64,000 nucleotides of DNA from Chloroflexota bacterium (GCA_014360805.1 JACIWU010000005.1:1206-65205), one strand, 5' to 3'; counted from the stretch's first letter, positions 33,272 through 43,566 are shown. Notes: generated by a model from the sequence alone, not told the origin. Numbers and translations are program-made.

Positions 33272-34795
33272 TTATCGCCGCCGCCACCAGACCAGCAGCC
33301 CCACAAACAGTACCATCGCCGGCAACACGAGGGCGCTGCTGTACAGGATGAGCCGCATCTGCGACGGCGTGAGGAACACGGTGCGCACGTCCCCTGTCTT
33401 CGGGCCGATGGCGATCAGCGACTCCTCCTCGGCCAGCCAGTTTATGGCATTGACGAACAGGTCCGCGTTGCCAAAAGCACCGCGCACCGAGTTCAGCACG
33501 TTGTTGGCGGCGAAATCCGAATCGCCCACGAGCACGAGCCGCGTTTTGCCCTTCTGCACCTGCGCCACAAGGGTCAGCGGGCCAGGAGTGTCGGCGGCGT
33601 CCTTCTGCACCTGGCGCTGGGTCAGGTTGGTCTCGCCCCAACTCTGGTCGCTGGTGGTTACCAGGTCGGTAATCGTCGCGCCCTCCGGCGCGGTGCCCAG
33701 CCGCTCTATGGACCGCGCGTATGGGAAGAAACTGGTCAGCCCCGTCATGTCCTTGGTGATCATGCTGTACGGATAGCGCGCGGTCAACGGCGTCAGCGGG
33801 TCGCCGAAGAAACTGCTGTAGATGTCCACCACCAGGTCGTTGCGGAAGCGCACGCCGTAGGTCTCCAGGACCGAATTGAGGTCGACGCCCGAGGCGGGGT
33901 CCAGCAGCACCATGAGTTTGCCGCCGCCGTTCAGGTAGGTGGCCAGAGTCTGGCGCTCGTCCTCGGCGTAGGCGGTCTGCGGGCCGGCGACGACCAGGGC
34001 CGCCGTATCCGACGGGATGGTGCTGGTCATGGCCAGGTTTAGCGTGCCCACCTTGTAGTTGTTCTTCTCCAGCAGGGCCTTGATGGCGCTGAAGCCATCG
34101 TCGGCATAGCCCTCGGGGTCTCGCTCCTTGTGGCCGGTGAGGAAGTAGATGCCCTTCTGCTCGTCGCGCGAGACCTTGAGGATGGCGCTGGTGATGCTCT
34201 GCTCGTCGGTGCCGAAGGTGTCTTGACGGCGCGCGCCGCGCTCAAACACGATGGTGCCGTAACTGGTGATGCCGTACTGCCGCGCCACCGCGGGCTTCTG
34301 GTCCGGGTCCACGAATTCCACCGACAGTTTGTCCGTGTGGTACGTGTACTCGGCCAGCAGGTCCTTCAGCGTGGCCTGGGCGCTGTCGGCGGGCGAGAAG
34401 AACGCCGTGATCTTGATGGGTTCCTTCAGATCCTTGAGAATCTGAATCGTCTGGCTGGACAGCGAGTACTGCTTCGCGCTTGTCAAATCCCACCGCGCAT
34501 GATGTCGGTTGGCCAAGAAGTTGACCAGCGCCAGGATGGCCAACAGGATGAGGCTCATGGCCACGGCGTTGGAGCCGTAGCGCGCCCGCCTGCCCGTCAG
34601 CGCCCTGCGCACCTCGGCGGGGCGACCCAGCGCGGCCGCCACGAGCAGCACCGCCCCAACGGCCAGGATGGCCCCCGGAACCCAGCCCATCTTGCCCATG
34701 AACAGCGCCGCGACAAGCCCCGCGGCAATGGCAAACAGACCCGCGTAGGCCAGCGTGTTGCTCCAGCGGGAGAGTCGTTCGCGCATCATCGCCAC
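33272..34795 (-). CDS. GldG-like ABC-type uncharacterised transport system component (large extracytoplasmic domain, N- and C-terminal TM)
   Basis: 507 aa. N-terminal and C-terminal TM helices. The FLTGHKERDPEGYADDG and LVLVGDSDFAANNVL motifs resemble GldG / ABC_transp_aux. Confidence 0.65.
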   Translation of the reverse strand: MAMMRERLSRWSNTLAYAGLFAIAAGLVAALFMGKMGWVPGAILAVGAVLLVAAALGRPAEVRRALTGRRARYGSNAVAMSLILLAILALVNFLANRHHARWDLTSAKQYSLSSQTIQILKDLKEPIKITAFFSPADSAQATLKDLLAEYTYHTDKLSVEFVDPDQKPAVARQYGITSYGTIVFERGARRQDTFGTDEQSITSAILKVSRDEQKGIYFLTGHKERDPEGYADDGFSAIKALLEKNNYKVGTLNLAMTSTIPSDTAALVVAGPQTAYAEDERQTLATYLNGGGKLMVLLDPASGVDLNSVLETYGVRFRNDLVVDIYSSFFGDPLTPLTARYPYSMITKDMTGLTSFFPYARSIERLGTAPEGATITDLVTTSDQSWGETNLTQRQVQKDAADTPGPLTLVAQVQKGKTRLVLVGDSDFAANNVLNSVRGAFGNADLFVNAINWLAEEESLIAIGPKTGDVRTVFLTPSQMRLILYSSALVLPAMVLFVGLLVWWRRR

Positions 34796-35496
34796 CTCCT
34801 GGTTTCCAGCACTCGCGTGGCAAGGAACAGCGCCGCCCCGATGACGCTGAGGTAGTAGAGCACGTCCTTGGTGTCAATCACGCCTTTGAAGAAATCGTAG
34901 AAGTGCTCCGACAGCGCCAGGTACTGGAACACGCCGGACAGCGGGGCTCCCGTTACATCCCCCAGCGCGCCGACAAGCCACAGCAGGACGATGAGCACCA
35001 CGCCCAGCACCGCCGACACAATCTGGTTCTGCGTCAGCGACGAGGTCAGCACGCCCAGGCTGAGCAGCGCCCCGCCCAGCAGGAGCATCCCCAGATAGCC
35101 CGAAACGATGGGGCCGAAATCGGGATTGCCAACGATGCTGAGGACGAACGGGAAGTACAAACTCACGCCCAACATGCAGGCGTACAGCGTGAGGGAGCCG
35201 AGAAACTTCCCCAGCACCACCTCCCAATCATTCACAGGGGCGGTGAGCAGCAACTCTATGGTGCCCATGCGCTGCTCCTCGGCCAGCAGGCGCATGGTCA
35301 GGATGGGCGCCACGAACAAAAGCACCGTCGTCATGTTGCCCAGTGTGTAGCGCATGGTGGCCTCGCGCGAGTAATACAGGATCATGGCGAAGAAGTAGCC
35401 CATGATCGCCAGGAACGCCGCGGCCACCACATAGGCAATCGGCGACACGAAGTATGCCTGAATCTCTCTGCGCGCGATGGTCAGGGTGTTCTTCAT
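34786..35496 (-). CDS. ABC-2 family permease (GldF-like)
   Basis: 236 aa, 6 TM. N-terminus TIARREIQAYFVSPIAYVVAAAFLAIMGYFF is typical of ABC-2/GldF permeases. Confidence 0.75.
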   Translation of the reverse strand: MKNTLTIARREIQAYFVSPIAYVVAAAFLAIMGYFFAMILYYSREATMRYTLGNMTTVLLFVAPILTMRLLAEEQRMGTIELLLTAPVNDWEVVLGKFLGSLTLYACMLGVSLYFPFVLSIVGNPDFGPIVSGYLGMLLLGGALLSLGVLTSSLTQNQIVSAVLGVVLIVLLWLVGALGDVTGAPLSGVFQYLALSEHFYDFFKGVIDTKDVLYYLSVIGAALFLATRVLETRRWR

Positions 35497-35508
35497 GGGG
35501 AACCTCCG

Positions 35509-36423
35509 CTACTCCGTGGTGAGTTTCAGGAAGATTTCCTCCAGGCTCATGCCCACCGGCCGGAGTTCCAGCAGGCTCCAGCCGCGGCCCACGACCTCAC
35601 GGGCGATCTCCGGGCGCTTGTCAGTGCCCAGCGCGCACTCCACCTCGTAGGCGCCGTCGCCCTTCTCGTCCACGGCCAGGATGCCATCCAGCGAGCGGAA
35701 CAGATGCAGCGCCTCGTCGTCTTTCGCGCCCGCCAGTTGGACGAAGATACGCTCGGCGCCCTTGAGCCGCGCCATGAGCCGTTCGGGCGTGCCCTCGGCC
35801 ACGATCTCGCCCTCGTTGATGATGAGGACGCGCGTGCACGTCTGGCTCACCTCGGGCAAGATGTGGGTGCTCAGAATCACCGTGTGATCCTGCGCCAGGC
35901 CGCGAATCAACTCGCGCACCTCAATGATCTGGCGCGGGTCAAGCCCGATGGTGGGTTCATCCAGAATCAGCACCTCGGGGTCGTGCAGCAGCGCCTGCGC
36001 CAGGCCCAGCCTCTGCCGGTAGCCCTTGGACAATTTGCCGATCATCATGTCCGCGTGGTCGGCGATCCGCACCTTCTCCATGGCCTCGCCGATGCGGCGC
36101 TCCCGCTTGTCCACGCCCCGCAGGCGCGCCATGAAGTCCAGGTAGCCCCACACCGTCATTTCGGGATACAACGGCACGGTCTCCGGCAGGTAGCCGAGGC
36201 GCTTTCGCACCTCCAGCGAATCCGTCGTTACGTCAAACCCCGCCACGGTTACCGTGCCGGACGTGGGCGGCAGGTAGCCGGTGAGGATCCGCATCGTGGT
36301 GGTTTTGCCCGCGCCGTTGGGGCCGAGGAAGCCGAGAATCTCCCCCTTCGCCACGTCAAAACTGACGTTCTTCAGCGCCTGAAAATCCCCATAGTGCTTG
36401 GTGAGGTTGCTTACGTGAATCAT
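35509..36423 (-). CDS. ABC transporter ATP-binding protein (GldA-like)
   Basis: GPNGAGKTTTMRIL Walker A. LSKGYRQRLGLAQAL signature. ILDEPTIGLD Walker B. Confidence 0.9.
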   Translation of the reverse strand: MIHVSNLTKHYGDFQALKNVSFDVAKGEILGFLGPNGAGKTTTMRILTGYLPPTSGTVTVAGFDVTTDSLEVRKRLGYLPETVPLYPEMTVWGYLDFMARLRGVDKRERRIGEAMEKVRIADHADMMIGKLSKGYRQRLGLAQALLHDPEVLILDEPTIGLDPRQIIEVRELIRGLAQDHTVILSTHILPEVSQTCTRVLIINEGEIVAEGTPERLMARLKGAERIFVQLAGAKDDEALHLFRSLDGILAVDEKGDGAYEVECALGTDKRPEIAREVVGRGWSLLELRPVGMSLEEIFLKLTTE

Positions 36424-36576
36424 CCTCCTCGCTCCTATGTCGGATTGTTCAGCCAGGTACTATAACGCAAGAAGATTAACGGGACATTAGAATCGGTTTA
36501 GAGTACGGCGAAAAGTTAGGCCAAGCGCCTTTGACGTGAGAGGGCGTTCTCGGTACAATGCGAGCGAGGTGAAGGC

Positions 36577-37371
36577 ATGGGCATTATCACGCTGATGACG
36601 GATTTCGGTGAGGAGGACAGTTACGTGGCGGAGATGAAGGGGGTGATCCTCTCCATCTGCCCCAACGCCACGCTGGTGGACATCACCCATCACGTGCGGC
36701 CGCAGGACATCCGCCAGGGAGCCTTCGTCCTGGCCGCATCCAGTCGCGCGTTCCCGATGGGGACGGTGCATCTGGCGGTGGTGGACCCAGGCGTGGGCAC
36801 CGAGCGACGGCCCATCGCCGTCCAGACCGACCGCGGGTTCTTCGTGGCGCCGGACAACGGCCTGCTGTCCTTCGTGCTGGCGGATGCGGCGGATCACCAT
36901 GCAGTGGTCCTGTCCAACCAGGCGTACTACCGCCAGCCGGTGAGCCAGACGTTCCACGGGCGCGACATCTTCGCCCCCGCCGCGGCCTACATCCACAACG
37001 GCGTGCCGCTGCAGGCTTTTGGCCCCGACGCGGGCACGCTGGCGCTGTTTCCGGTGCCGCGCCCGCGCTGGATTCGCGAGCATCTGCTCGCCGGCGAGGT
37101 GCTCCACACCGACGCGTTCGGCAACGTCATCACCAACATTCGGCAGCAGGACGCGGACTGGGCGCGCTTTGCCCACGTGCAGGTGGGCCGCCACAAGATC
37201 CGCCGTCTCTGCCGCACCTATGCCGAAGGTGGGCCACGCGAGGTCATCGCCCTGTTCGGCAGTTCGGGCTATCTGGAACTGGCCCAGCGCGATGGGTGCG
37301 CCGCCCGCCGCCTTCGGGCAGGGCCGGGGACGCCCGTTCGGGTGGCCTTCCGGGAACCCGCGCAGTCCTAG
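36577..37371 (+). CDS. SAM hydroxide adenosyltransferase family protein (DUF62 / fluorinase-chlorinase fold)
   Basis: [27 protein letters not shown]-terminus and the DAFGN motif are characteristic of the SAM-hydroxide adenosyltransferase family. Confidence 0.75.
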   Translation: MGIITLMTDFGEEDSYVAEMKGVILSICPNATLVDITHHVRPQDIRQGAFVLAASSRAFPMGTVHLAVVDPGVGTERRPIAVQTDRGFFVAPDNGLLSFVLADAADHHAVVLSNQAYYRQPVSQTFHGRDIFAPAAAYIHNGVPLQAFGPDAGTLALFPVPRPRWIREHLLAGEVLHTDAFGNVITNIRQQDADWARFAHVQVGRHKIRRLCRTYAEGGPREVIALFGSSGYLELAQRDGCAARRLRAGPGTPVRVAFREPAQS

Positions 37372-37462
37372 CGAGCGTCTTTCATACAGGCAGGCGCGCC
37401 CCACACGGCCCCGACCGGAAAGGCAGCGCGGCCATCTCCCTGACCAAGATAAGGAGCGCAAC

Positions 37463-38740
37463 GTGGCGAAATTCATCATAGAGGGTGGGAACCGCCTACA
37501 CGGGCGGGTAACTCCGAGCGGCAACAAGAACGCGGCGCTGCCCATCATGGCGGCGTCGCTGCTGACGGATGAGCCTCTGATCCTGCACAACGTCCCCCGC
37601 ATCCGCGATGTGGAGACCATGCTCCAATTGCTGGTGGCGTCGGGTGTGGATGCCGAATGGATCGGCGAGCACGACCTGCGGCTTCACGCGCGGGATGTGC
37701 GGTCTGCCCATCTGGATCCCGTGCTGTGCAAGGAGATTCGCGCGTCCATCCTGCTGGCGGGACCCATGCTGACGCGGCTGGGCAGGGTGGAACTGCCGCC
37801 GCCGGGGGGCGATGTTATCGGGCGCAGGCGGGTGGACACGCACTTCGTGGGCCTGGGGTCGCTGGGGGCCGAGTTCGCCATTGGCCAGACGTTCCGCCTG
37901 TCCACCACGGGCCTGCGCGGCGCCGACATCTTCCTGGACGAGGCCAGCGTTACCGGCACCGAGAACGTGCTCATGGCCGCCAGCCTGGCCAAAGGCACCA
38001 CCATCATCCGCAACGCGGCGTCGGAACCGCACGTGCAGGACCTGGCCCGCTGCCTGAACCAGATGGGCGCCCAGGTGCAGGGCATCGGCACCAACACGCT
38101 CTTCATCCAGGGCGTGGACCGTCTCCACGGGGCCGAATTCACCATCGGCTCCAGCCACGTGGAGGTGGGGAGTTTCATCGGCCTGGCGGCGGCCACCAAG
38201 AGCGAACTGACCATCACCGACGCCGTCCCCGACGACCTGCGCATGATTCGGCTCATGTTTGAGCGGCTCGGCGTGCACATAGAAATTCGCGACAACGAGG
38301 TCTTCGTGCCGGCGGATCAGCCGCTGGAGATCATGCCCGACCTGGGCGGGGCGATTCCGAAAATAGACGATGCGCCCTGGCCCGGCTTCCCCGCCGACCT
38401 GATGAGCATCGCCCTGGTGGTCGCGACACAGGCGAAGGGCACGGTCCTTTTCCACGAGAAGATGTTTGAGAGCCGCCTGTACTTCGTGGACAAACTCATC
38501 AGCATGGGCGCGCACATCATCCTGTGCGACCCGCACCGCGCCGTCGTCGTGGGGCCGGCCCAGTTGCACGGCGAGCGGCTGGAAAGCCCAGACATCCGCG
38601 CCGGCATGGCGTTGCTCATCGCCGCCCTGTGCGCCGAAGGGCAGAGCGAGATTCGCAACATCGGCCAGATAGACCGCGGCTACGAGCGCATTGAGGAGAA
38701 ACTCCAGGCCCTGGGGGCGAACATCCGCCGCATAGAGTAG
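37463..38740 (+). CDS. murA: UDP-N-acetylglucosamine 1-carboxyvinyltransferase. GTG start at 37463 with AAGGAG 7 nt upstream; the track's 148-codon upstream extension is rejected
   Basis: [33 protein letters not shown]. The catalytic Cys region is replaced by Asp (MurA families vary). 425 aa, EPSP-synthase fold. Confidence 0.88.
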   Translation: MAKFIIEGGNRLHGRVTPSGNKNAALPIMAASLLTDEPLILHNVPRIRDVETMLQLLVASGVDAEWIGEHDLRLHARDVRSAHLDPVLCKEIRASILLAGPMLTRLGRVELPPPGGDVIGRRRVDTHFVGLGSLGAEFAIGQTFRLSTTGLRGADIFLDEASVTGTENVLMAASLAKGTTIIRNAASEPHVQDLARCLNQMGAQVQGIGTNTLFIQGVDRLHGAEFTIGSSHVEVGSFIGLAAATKSELTITDAVPDDLRMIRLMFERLGVHIEIRDNEVFVPADQPLEIMPDLGGAIPKIDDAPWPGFPADLMSIALVVATQAKGTVLFHEKMFESRLYFVDKLISMGAHIILCDPHRAVVVGPAQLHGERLESPDIRAGMALLIAALCAEGQSEIRNIGQIDRGYERIEEKLQALGANIRRIE

Positions 38741-38746
38741 CCGCGC

Positions 38747-39409
38747 CTACGGCTCCTGATAGCGGATGACCTTGGCCGGGACGCCGACCACCACGGCGTT
38801 GTCGGGCACATCGTCTATGACGACCGCGCCGATGCCGATCACCGCGTTGTCGCCAACGCGCAGGCGCGCGCCTGGCCCCCATTCGGGCGTCATCACCGAC
38901 GCGCCAAGCCCCACCAGCACGTTCCGCCCGATGTCAATCCGCGCGCCGATAGTTGCGCCCGACGAGATGAGCGCGTTGTCGCCGATGACCGTGTCGTGCG
39001 TTACGATGGCGCCGGCGTCTATGTACACGTTGTTGCCGATGACCGGGTCCACGTACAGCGTAACCCCGGCGCCGATGATATTCCCCCGCCCCATCCGCAC
39101 GTCCTTAGAAATGTGGGCCGTCGGGTGGATGGCGTTGATGATCTCAAACCCCATCTGGGCCATCCATTCGGACAGGCGACCGCGCGCCTTGTTGTCGCCG
39201 ATGGCGCAGATGGCGCCCGCCACGCCATCGGCCAGGAGCGCGGGGAGCCTGTCGGGCCCGCCGACAACCGGCACGCCCCGCACTTCCTTGCCCCACATGT
39301 CGCGGTTGTCGTCCACCATCGCCACGACCCGAACGTCTTCTCGGTAACTGAGGATGTAGGCCACCATCTTGCCCACATTCCCCGCTCCGTACACGACAAC
39401 GCGCATCAC
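38747..39409 (-). CDS. Sugar N/O-acyltransferase, NeuD/PglD family (left-handed beta-helix)
   Basis: N-terminal Rossmann-like VVVYGAGNVGKMVAYIL followed by hexapeptide repeats. NeuD/PglD architecture. Confidence 0.7.
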   Translation of the reverse strand: MMRVVVYGAGNVGKMVAYILSYREDVRVVAMVDDNRDMWGKEVRGVPVVGGPDRLPALLADGVAGAICAIGDNKARGRLSEWMAQMGFEIINAIHPTAHISKDVRMGRGNIIGAGVTLYVDPVIGNNVYIDAGAIVTHDTVIGDNALISSGATIGARIDIGRNVLVGLGASVMTPEWGPGARLRVGDNAVIGIGAVVIDDVPDNAVVVGVPAKVIRYQEP

Positions 39410-39561
39410 CGCATCACCTCGGGCATGGATTCTATCGCGAAGGCAACGGGCCGGGCCGACTCGCCGTCATGTACCCGCAGAGCGCGCGAAGCACGCAGAA
39501 AATCCCTCAAGACTTCTCGGCGGTCTCTGCGCGCTCAGCGGTTGAGAGGGAACCCGCCGAC

Positions 39562-40179
39562 TCACCCCGTCTGCGAAATCTCGTCGGGGACGCCGTCGTT
39601 GTACACGCCCTCGCGCCGAAGCACGACCCCCACCGTCTGCCACAGGATTTTCAGATCAAGGGCGTAGGACCAATGATCCACGTACCAGACATCGCGCTCT
39701 ATGCGCTGGGGCCAGGTGAGTTGATTCCTGCCGTTGACCTGGGCCAGGCCGGTTACGCCCGGGCGCACCAGCAGTCGCCGCCGCTGGAAGTCGTTGTACT
39801 TCTCCACCTGGTAGGCCAGCGTGGGCCGCGGCCCCACCAGGCTCATGTCGCCCACCAGGATGTTGAAGAACTGCGGCAGTTCGTCCAGGCTGTACTGGCG
39901 CAGGAAGCGGCCCACCCTCGTTACGCGGGGGTCGTTGTCGTGGGTGTGATACCCCAGCGGGTGCGCGGTGGCGTTCTGCACCATGGTGCGAAACTTGAAG
40001 ATGCGGAAGATGCGCCCATCCTTGCCCACGCGCTCCTGCCGGAAGAAGACCGGGCCGGGCGAATCCAACTTGATCGCAACCGCGATGACGAGGAACACCG
40101 GCGCCAGGAGCGCCAGGCCGACGACCGAGACCACGATGTCCGTCGCCCGTTTGAGAAACCGCTGAAACGCCACGCTCAT
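39562..40179 (-). CDS. Undecaprenyl-phosphate sugar phosphotransferase, small PglC/WbaP-C-terminal type (bacterial sugar transferase family). Start at MSVAFQ, abutting the upstream gene's stop
   Basis: Single N-terminal TM. KFRTM...[21 protein letters not shown] catalytic motifs. Confidence 0.8.
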   Translation of the reverse strand: MSVAFQRFLKRATDIVVSVVGLALLAPVFLVIAVAIKLDSPGPVFFRQERVGKDGRIFRIFKFRTMVQNATAHPLGYHTHDNDPRVTRVGRFLRQYSLDELPQFFNILVGDMSLVGPRPTLAYQVEKYNDFQRRRLLVRPGVTGLAQVNGRNQLTWPQRIERDVWYVDHWSYALDLKILWQTVGVVLRREGVYNDGVPDEISQTG

Positions 40180-41597
40180 CGCCTGCAACCGTACTGCGCC
40201 ACGCACCGGAAGCCCTCGTAGGCGCTGGAGTTGTCCACGGCGCTGTCCAGTTTCACCTGATTCACGATGGCCACCAACTCGTCGCCGGGCGCGCCTTCCA
40301 CGACCACGGAGTACTGGGCGTTGTTGGCCAGGTCGGCGTCGCTATACGTCCAGGGCCGCTCGGCCACCGACCGTCCCGGAGCCAGGGCGTAGTTCTTGAG
40401 GCCGGCGTTGGGCCACTCGGTGCCGGTGTTGAAGTCGTAGTAACGCACTGTTACCGTGGCCGTAACCGCGCCCACGTTCTGGATGATGATGGGCGTGATG
40501 TAGCCGTAGTAGCCCTTGACCACGTTGGGCAGGAACACGTACTGCGCGCCTTCGTTGAAGCCGTTGTAGGCCGAGCCGTCCTTGTGATCGGCCAGGTTGC
40601 GGTTCTGATTGACGATGGCCACCAGTTCGTCGCCCGGCTGCCCCCGCACCACGACGGAATACTGCTTGTTGGGCGGCAGAACGTTGTCGGGGTAGGTCCA
40701 CGGGCGCTCGGGCAGGGAGCGGCCCGGCTTCAGTTCGTAGTTCTTCTTGCCGGCCAGCGGGTAGAACGTGCCATCAAACCCGTAGTACTCCACGTTGACG
40801 TAGGCCGTTGTCGTGCCGACATTCTGGATGATGGCGGGGGTGATGTAGCCCGCGTACCCCTTGACCATATTGGGCAGGTACACATTCGGCCCGCCCGACG
40901 GGAAGCCCGAATAGGCCAGGTCGGTGTCGCGCCCGACCTGGTTCACCGCGCCGACGATGGACTGCCCGACGTCCGCCGTCGCCACCACCGCGTACTGTTT
41001 GTTGGTGGGCAGTTCGGAGTTGGGGGCAACCGCCGGGTCGTACTCGTAACTAACGTTGGGCGGCAGGACGATCACGCGCTTGGCGCTCTCAATGGGGTTG
41101 CCGGTATTGAAGTCAAAGAACTCAATGGTAACCGTGGCGTCGGTGTCGCCGCTGTTCTGGATGTAGAACGGCGTGCTGAAGCCATAGTAGTGCTTGGTGA
41201 TGTTGGGCAGGAAGACCTTGCGCGTGCCCGGTTCCAGGGCGTTGTAGGCCATCTCGCGGCCCGTGGCCAGTTCGTTGACCACCCCCGCCAGCGGACGGGT
41301 GCCGTGGATGACCATGGAGTACATGCCGTCGGTGAGAGCGGGGTCGGGGTTGAGATAGGGGCGGACGGCGCGCGCGCGGCCCGGCTCCAACTGGAAGGTC
41401 TCGCGGGCCGAGGGGATGTACGCGCTGTCGGACATGCGGTAGTAGTCCACGAAGACCGTGGCCGTAGCGTCGCCCATGTTCTGCACGACGACCGGCGAGC
41501 GCCAGACCATCCCCGGCGGGTAACTGCCCTGTCCCTGCGCCGCGATGGGGAGGAGCAGGACGATCACGGCCACGGCGACGACCAGCGACTTTCTCAT
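40176..41597 (-). CDS. Secreted hypothetical protein with four tandem repeats of about 95 aa. Start at ATG 41597 (MRKSLVVAVAVIVLLLPIAAQG), with AAGGAGGG RBS
   Basis: Signal peptide. Repeat core (V/F)(F/Y)LPN(I/M/V)(T/V)K.Y.G..TP..IQN.G...A.V.(I/V)E(F/Y)(F/Y).F. The 56-codon upstream extension in the track is rejected. Confidence 0.65.
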   Translation of the reverse strand: MRKSLVVAVAVIVLLLPIAAQGQGSYPPGMVWRSPVVVQNMGDATATVFVDYYRMSDSAYIPSARETFQLEPGRARAVRPYLNPDPALTDGMYSMVIHGTRPLAGVVNELATGREMAYNALEPGTRKVFLPNITKHYYGFSTPFYIQNSGDTDATVTIEFFDFNTGNPIESAKRVIVLPPNVSYEYDPAVAPNSELPTNKQYAVVATADVGQSIVGAVNQVGRDTDLAYSGFPSGGPNVYLPNMVKGYAGYITPAIIQNVGTTTAYVNVEYYGFDGTFYPLAGKKNYELKPGRSLPERPWTYPDNVLPPNKQYSVVVRGQPGDELVAIVNQNRNLADHKDGSAYNGFNEGAQYVFLPNVVKGYYGYITPIIIQNVGAVTATVTVRYYDFNTGTEWPNAGLKNYALAPGRSVAERPWTYSDADLANNAQYSVVVEGAPGDELVAIVNQVKLDSAVDNSSAYEGFRCVAQYGCRR

Positions 41598-41643
41598 GAC
41601 GCCCTCCTTGTGTGCGCCCCCCAAGTTCCCCCTTGCCGCGCCA

Positions 41644-41672
41644 TTATAGCGTGCCCCGCGAAAAATGACAAC
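41644..41672 (-). promoter_or_regulatory. Candidate promoter for the repeat-protein gene: -35 TTGTCA, 17 bp spacer, -10 TATAAT, within cGTGCTATAATgg
   Basis: About 40-nt leader to the RBS and ATG. Confidence 0.5.
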
Positions 41673-41700
41673 TGGGTGCGGGCTGCGCGAGCGTTCCCAC

Positions 41701-41729
41701 CTGCGACGCACCTCGGAGGTGCGTCGCAG
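41701..41729. repeat. Family C palindrome ctgcgacgcacctcggaggtgcgtcgcag
   Basis: 12-bp perfect arms around a ctcgga loop. Related copies at 43567, 47952 and 56558. Confidence 0.7.
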
Positions 41730-41749
41730 GTTGAGCCGCATAGCGAGCA

Positions 41750-41803
41750 CAGGGCGGGTTCCCATTACCTGCGCCCCCGGCGGCTATGGAAAGCCGCCCT
41801 ACG
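41750..41803. repeat. Family A double-hairpin repeat (inverted orientation, first hairpin degenerate) with the shared cgaataacacgaat flank to 41850
   Basis: cagggcgggttcccattacctgcgcccccggcggctatggaaagccgccctacg. Confidence 0.75.
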
Positions 41804-41855
41804 TGCCCACATTTATTCCCATTCGCGTGGATTCGTGTTATTCGTGGATAAGCGC

Positions 41856-43124
41856 CTACCGAATCACCTCCACCCCGCCCATGTACGGGCGCAGCACCTC
41901 GGGCACCACAATGCTCCCGTCGGCCTGCTGGTAGTTTTCCATCACCGCGATCATGACGCGGGGCAGCGCCAGTCCCGACCCGTTGAGCGTGTGCACGTAC
42001 TCGGGTTTTGCGCCCGCCTCGCGGCGGAAGCGAATGTTGGCGCGCCGCGCCTGGAAGTCCAGGAAGTTGGAGCATGAGGAGACCTCCAGCCACTCGCCGC
42101 AGCCCGGCGCCCACATCTCCACGTCGTACTTGGCAGCGGCGGTGAAGGACAAATCTCCCGTGCACATCTGCACCACGCGGTGCGGAATGCCCAGTTTCCG
42201 GCACACGTCCTCGGCGTTGTCAATCAGGGTTTCCAGTTCCTGCATGGACGTTTCGGGCGCGACGATCTTCACCATCTCCACCTTGTCAAACTGATGGCCG
42301 CGCTTGATGCCCCTCACGTCGCGGCCCGCGCTCATCTTCTCGCGTCGCCAGCACGGCGTGTACGCCACATAGTACAGAGGCAGCGTGCCGGGGTCCAGGA
42401 TCTCCTCGCGGTGCAGGTTGGTTACCGGCACCTCGGCGGTGGGCACCCACCATAGGTCGTCCTCCACGTCGTGGTAGAGGTTCTCGCCGAACTTGGGCAA
42501 CTGCCCCGTGCCCCACAGGCACTTCTCGTTGACCACGAACGGCGGATAGACCTCGGTATAGCCGTGTTCGTTCACGTGCAAATCCAGCATCCACGCGATG
42601 AGGGCGCGCTGGAGCCGAGCGCCCAGTCCCCTGAGCACGTAGAACCGCGCGCCGGCGATCTTCACGCCGCGCTCAAAGTCCAGGATGCCCAGCGCAGGCC
42701 CCAAATCCCAGTGGGGCAGCGGCTGGAAGTCAAACTGCCGCGGCTCGCCCACGGTGCGGACGATCACGTTGTGGGTCTCGTCGGGGCCCACGGGGACGCC
42801 GGGCGCCGGCATGTTGGGCACTTCGTACAGCGCCGCCGTCAGCCGTTCGTCCACGGCCTTCAGTTCCGTTTCCAGTTCGCGGATTTGGTCGCCCACCTGG
42901 CGCATCTCGGCCACCAACTGCTCCCGCTGGGCGGCGTCCTTGATGCGGGGAATCTCCCTGGACACCGCGTTGCGCCGCGCCCGCAGGCTTTCCACCACCT
43001 GCAGCAGTTCGCGCCTGCGCCGGTCCAGTTGCAGGATTTCGTCAATGGGCGCGGTGGTGTTCAAGTCCACCAGCGCCTGCTTCACCTCGTCGGCGTGCTC
43101 GCGTATGAAGTTGAGGTCTAGCAT
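41856..43124 (-). CDS. serS: Seryl-tRNA synthetase. Start at ATG 43124 ([15 protein letters not shown]) with AAGGAGGG RBS; the 155-codon in-frame upstream extension is rejected
   Basis: Class II aaRS motifs 1-3. N-terminal coiled-coil arm. 423 aa. Confidence 0.93.
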   Translation of the reverse strand: MLDLNFIREHADEVKQALVDLNTTAPIDEILQLDRRRRELLQVVESLRARRNAVSREIPRIKDAAQREQLVAEMRQVGDQIRELETELKAVDERLTAALYEVPNMPAPGVPVGPDETHNVIVRTVGEPRQFDFQPLPHWDLGPALGILDFERGVKIAGARFYVLRGLGARLQRALIAWMLDLHVNEHGYTEVYPPFVVNEKCLWGTGQLPKFGENLYHDVEDDLWWVPTAEVPVTNLHREEILDPGTLPLYYVAYTPCWRREKMSAGRDVRGIKRGHQFDKVEMVKIVAPETSMQELETLIDNAEDVCRKLGIPHRVVQMCTGDLSFTAAAKYDVEMWAPGCGEWLEVSSCSNFLDFQARRANIRFRREAGAKPEYVHTLNGSGLALPRVMIAVMENYQQADGSIVVPEVLRPYMGGVEVIR

Positions 43125-43198
43125 TTTCTCCCTCCTTGACACAACGACTCTCCGGATTGTCCATGCCGCACGGCGCGGCCCCGAAAAACGAAAAGGCC

Positions 43199-43216
43199 CC
43201 CATCCGAAAGGACGGG
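43199..43216 (-). terminator. Leader hairpin CCCGUCC-UUUC-GGAUGGG (extendable to 9 bp) followed by GGCCUUUUCGUUUUUC, about 60 nt upstream of the serS ATG. Candidate attenuator/terminator
   Basis: Read on the minus-strand transcript. Confidence 0.45.
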
Positions 43217-43484
43217 AGCCTCGGCTACCGTGTTGCCACCTTCCTGCGCCTGCCCCTCGCGGAGCAGACCTCAGTGGGTCGGCGCGCGTCCGACCCTGCC
43301 CTGTAACGGGGGCCACCGGCTCGGCATACTCCGGGCGGATGCCTCCGCCCGTTTCCGCCTGCGACTCCGGAGTGCTTTTCGGCCGGGCCGTGCTGCCGCT
43401 TTCCACCTGCTGCGGCTCTCTGGGAGCCGTGCGCCGCGACCTACTCGTCTCCATCACCGTCGTTGCTATACGCTTGTTGTCAAC

Positions 43485-43513
43485 ATTATGGCGCGAACCC
43501 GCGTCGGTGTCAA
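43485..43513 (-). promoter_or_regulatory. Candidate serS promoter: -35 TTGACA, 17 bp spacer, -10 CATAAT. Implies a 5' leader of about 350 nt
   Basis: Read on the minus strand. Confidence 0.45.
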
Positions 43514-43566
43514 ATCGGCCCCGCGCCAGGCCGGGTTCTATTTTGTGTTGGCGTGCGAGGTGCGAC

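Noticed and set aside
43125-43560. Strict T-box consensus AATTAGGGTGGNACCGCG in the serS leader
   Set aside because: An exact consensus is not present. Only a degenerate version (AGGUGGCAACACGG) plus the F-box CCGUUA and a terminator hairpin are seen. It is reported as a candidate finding and not annotated as a riboswitch feature.
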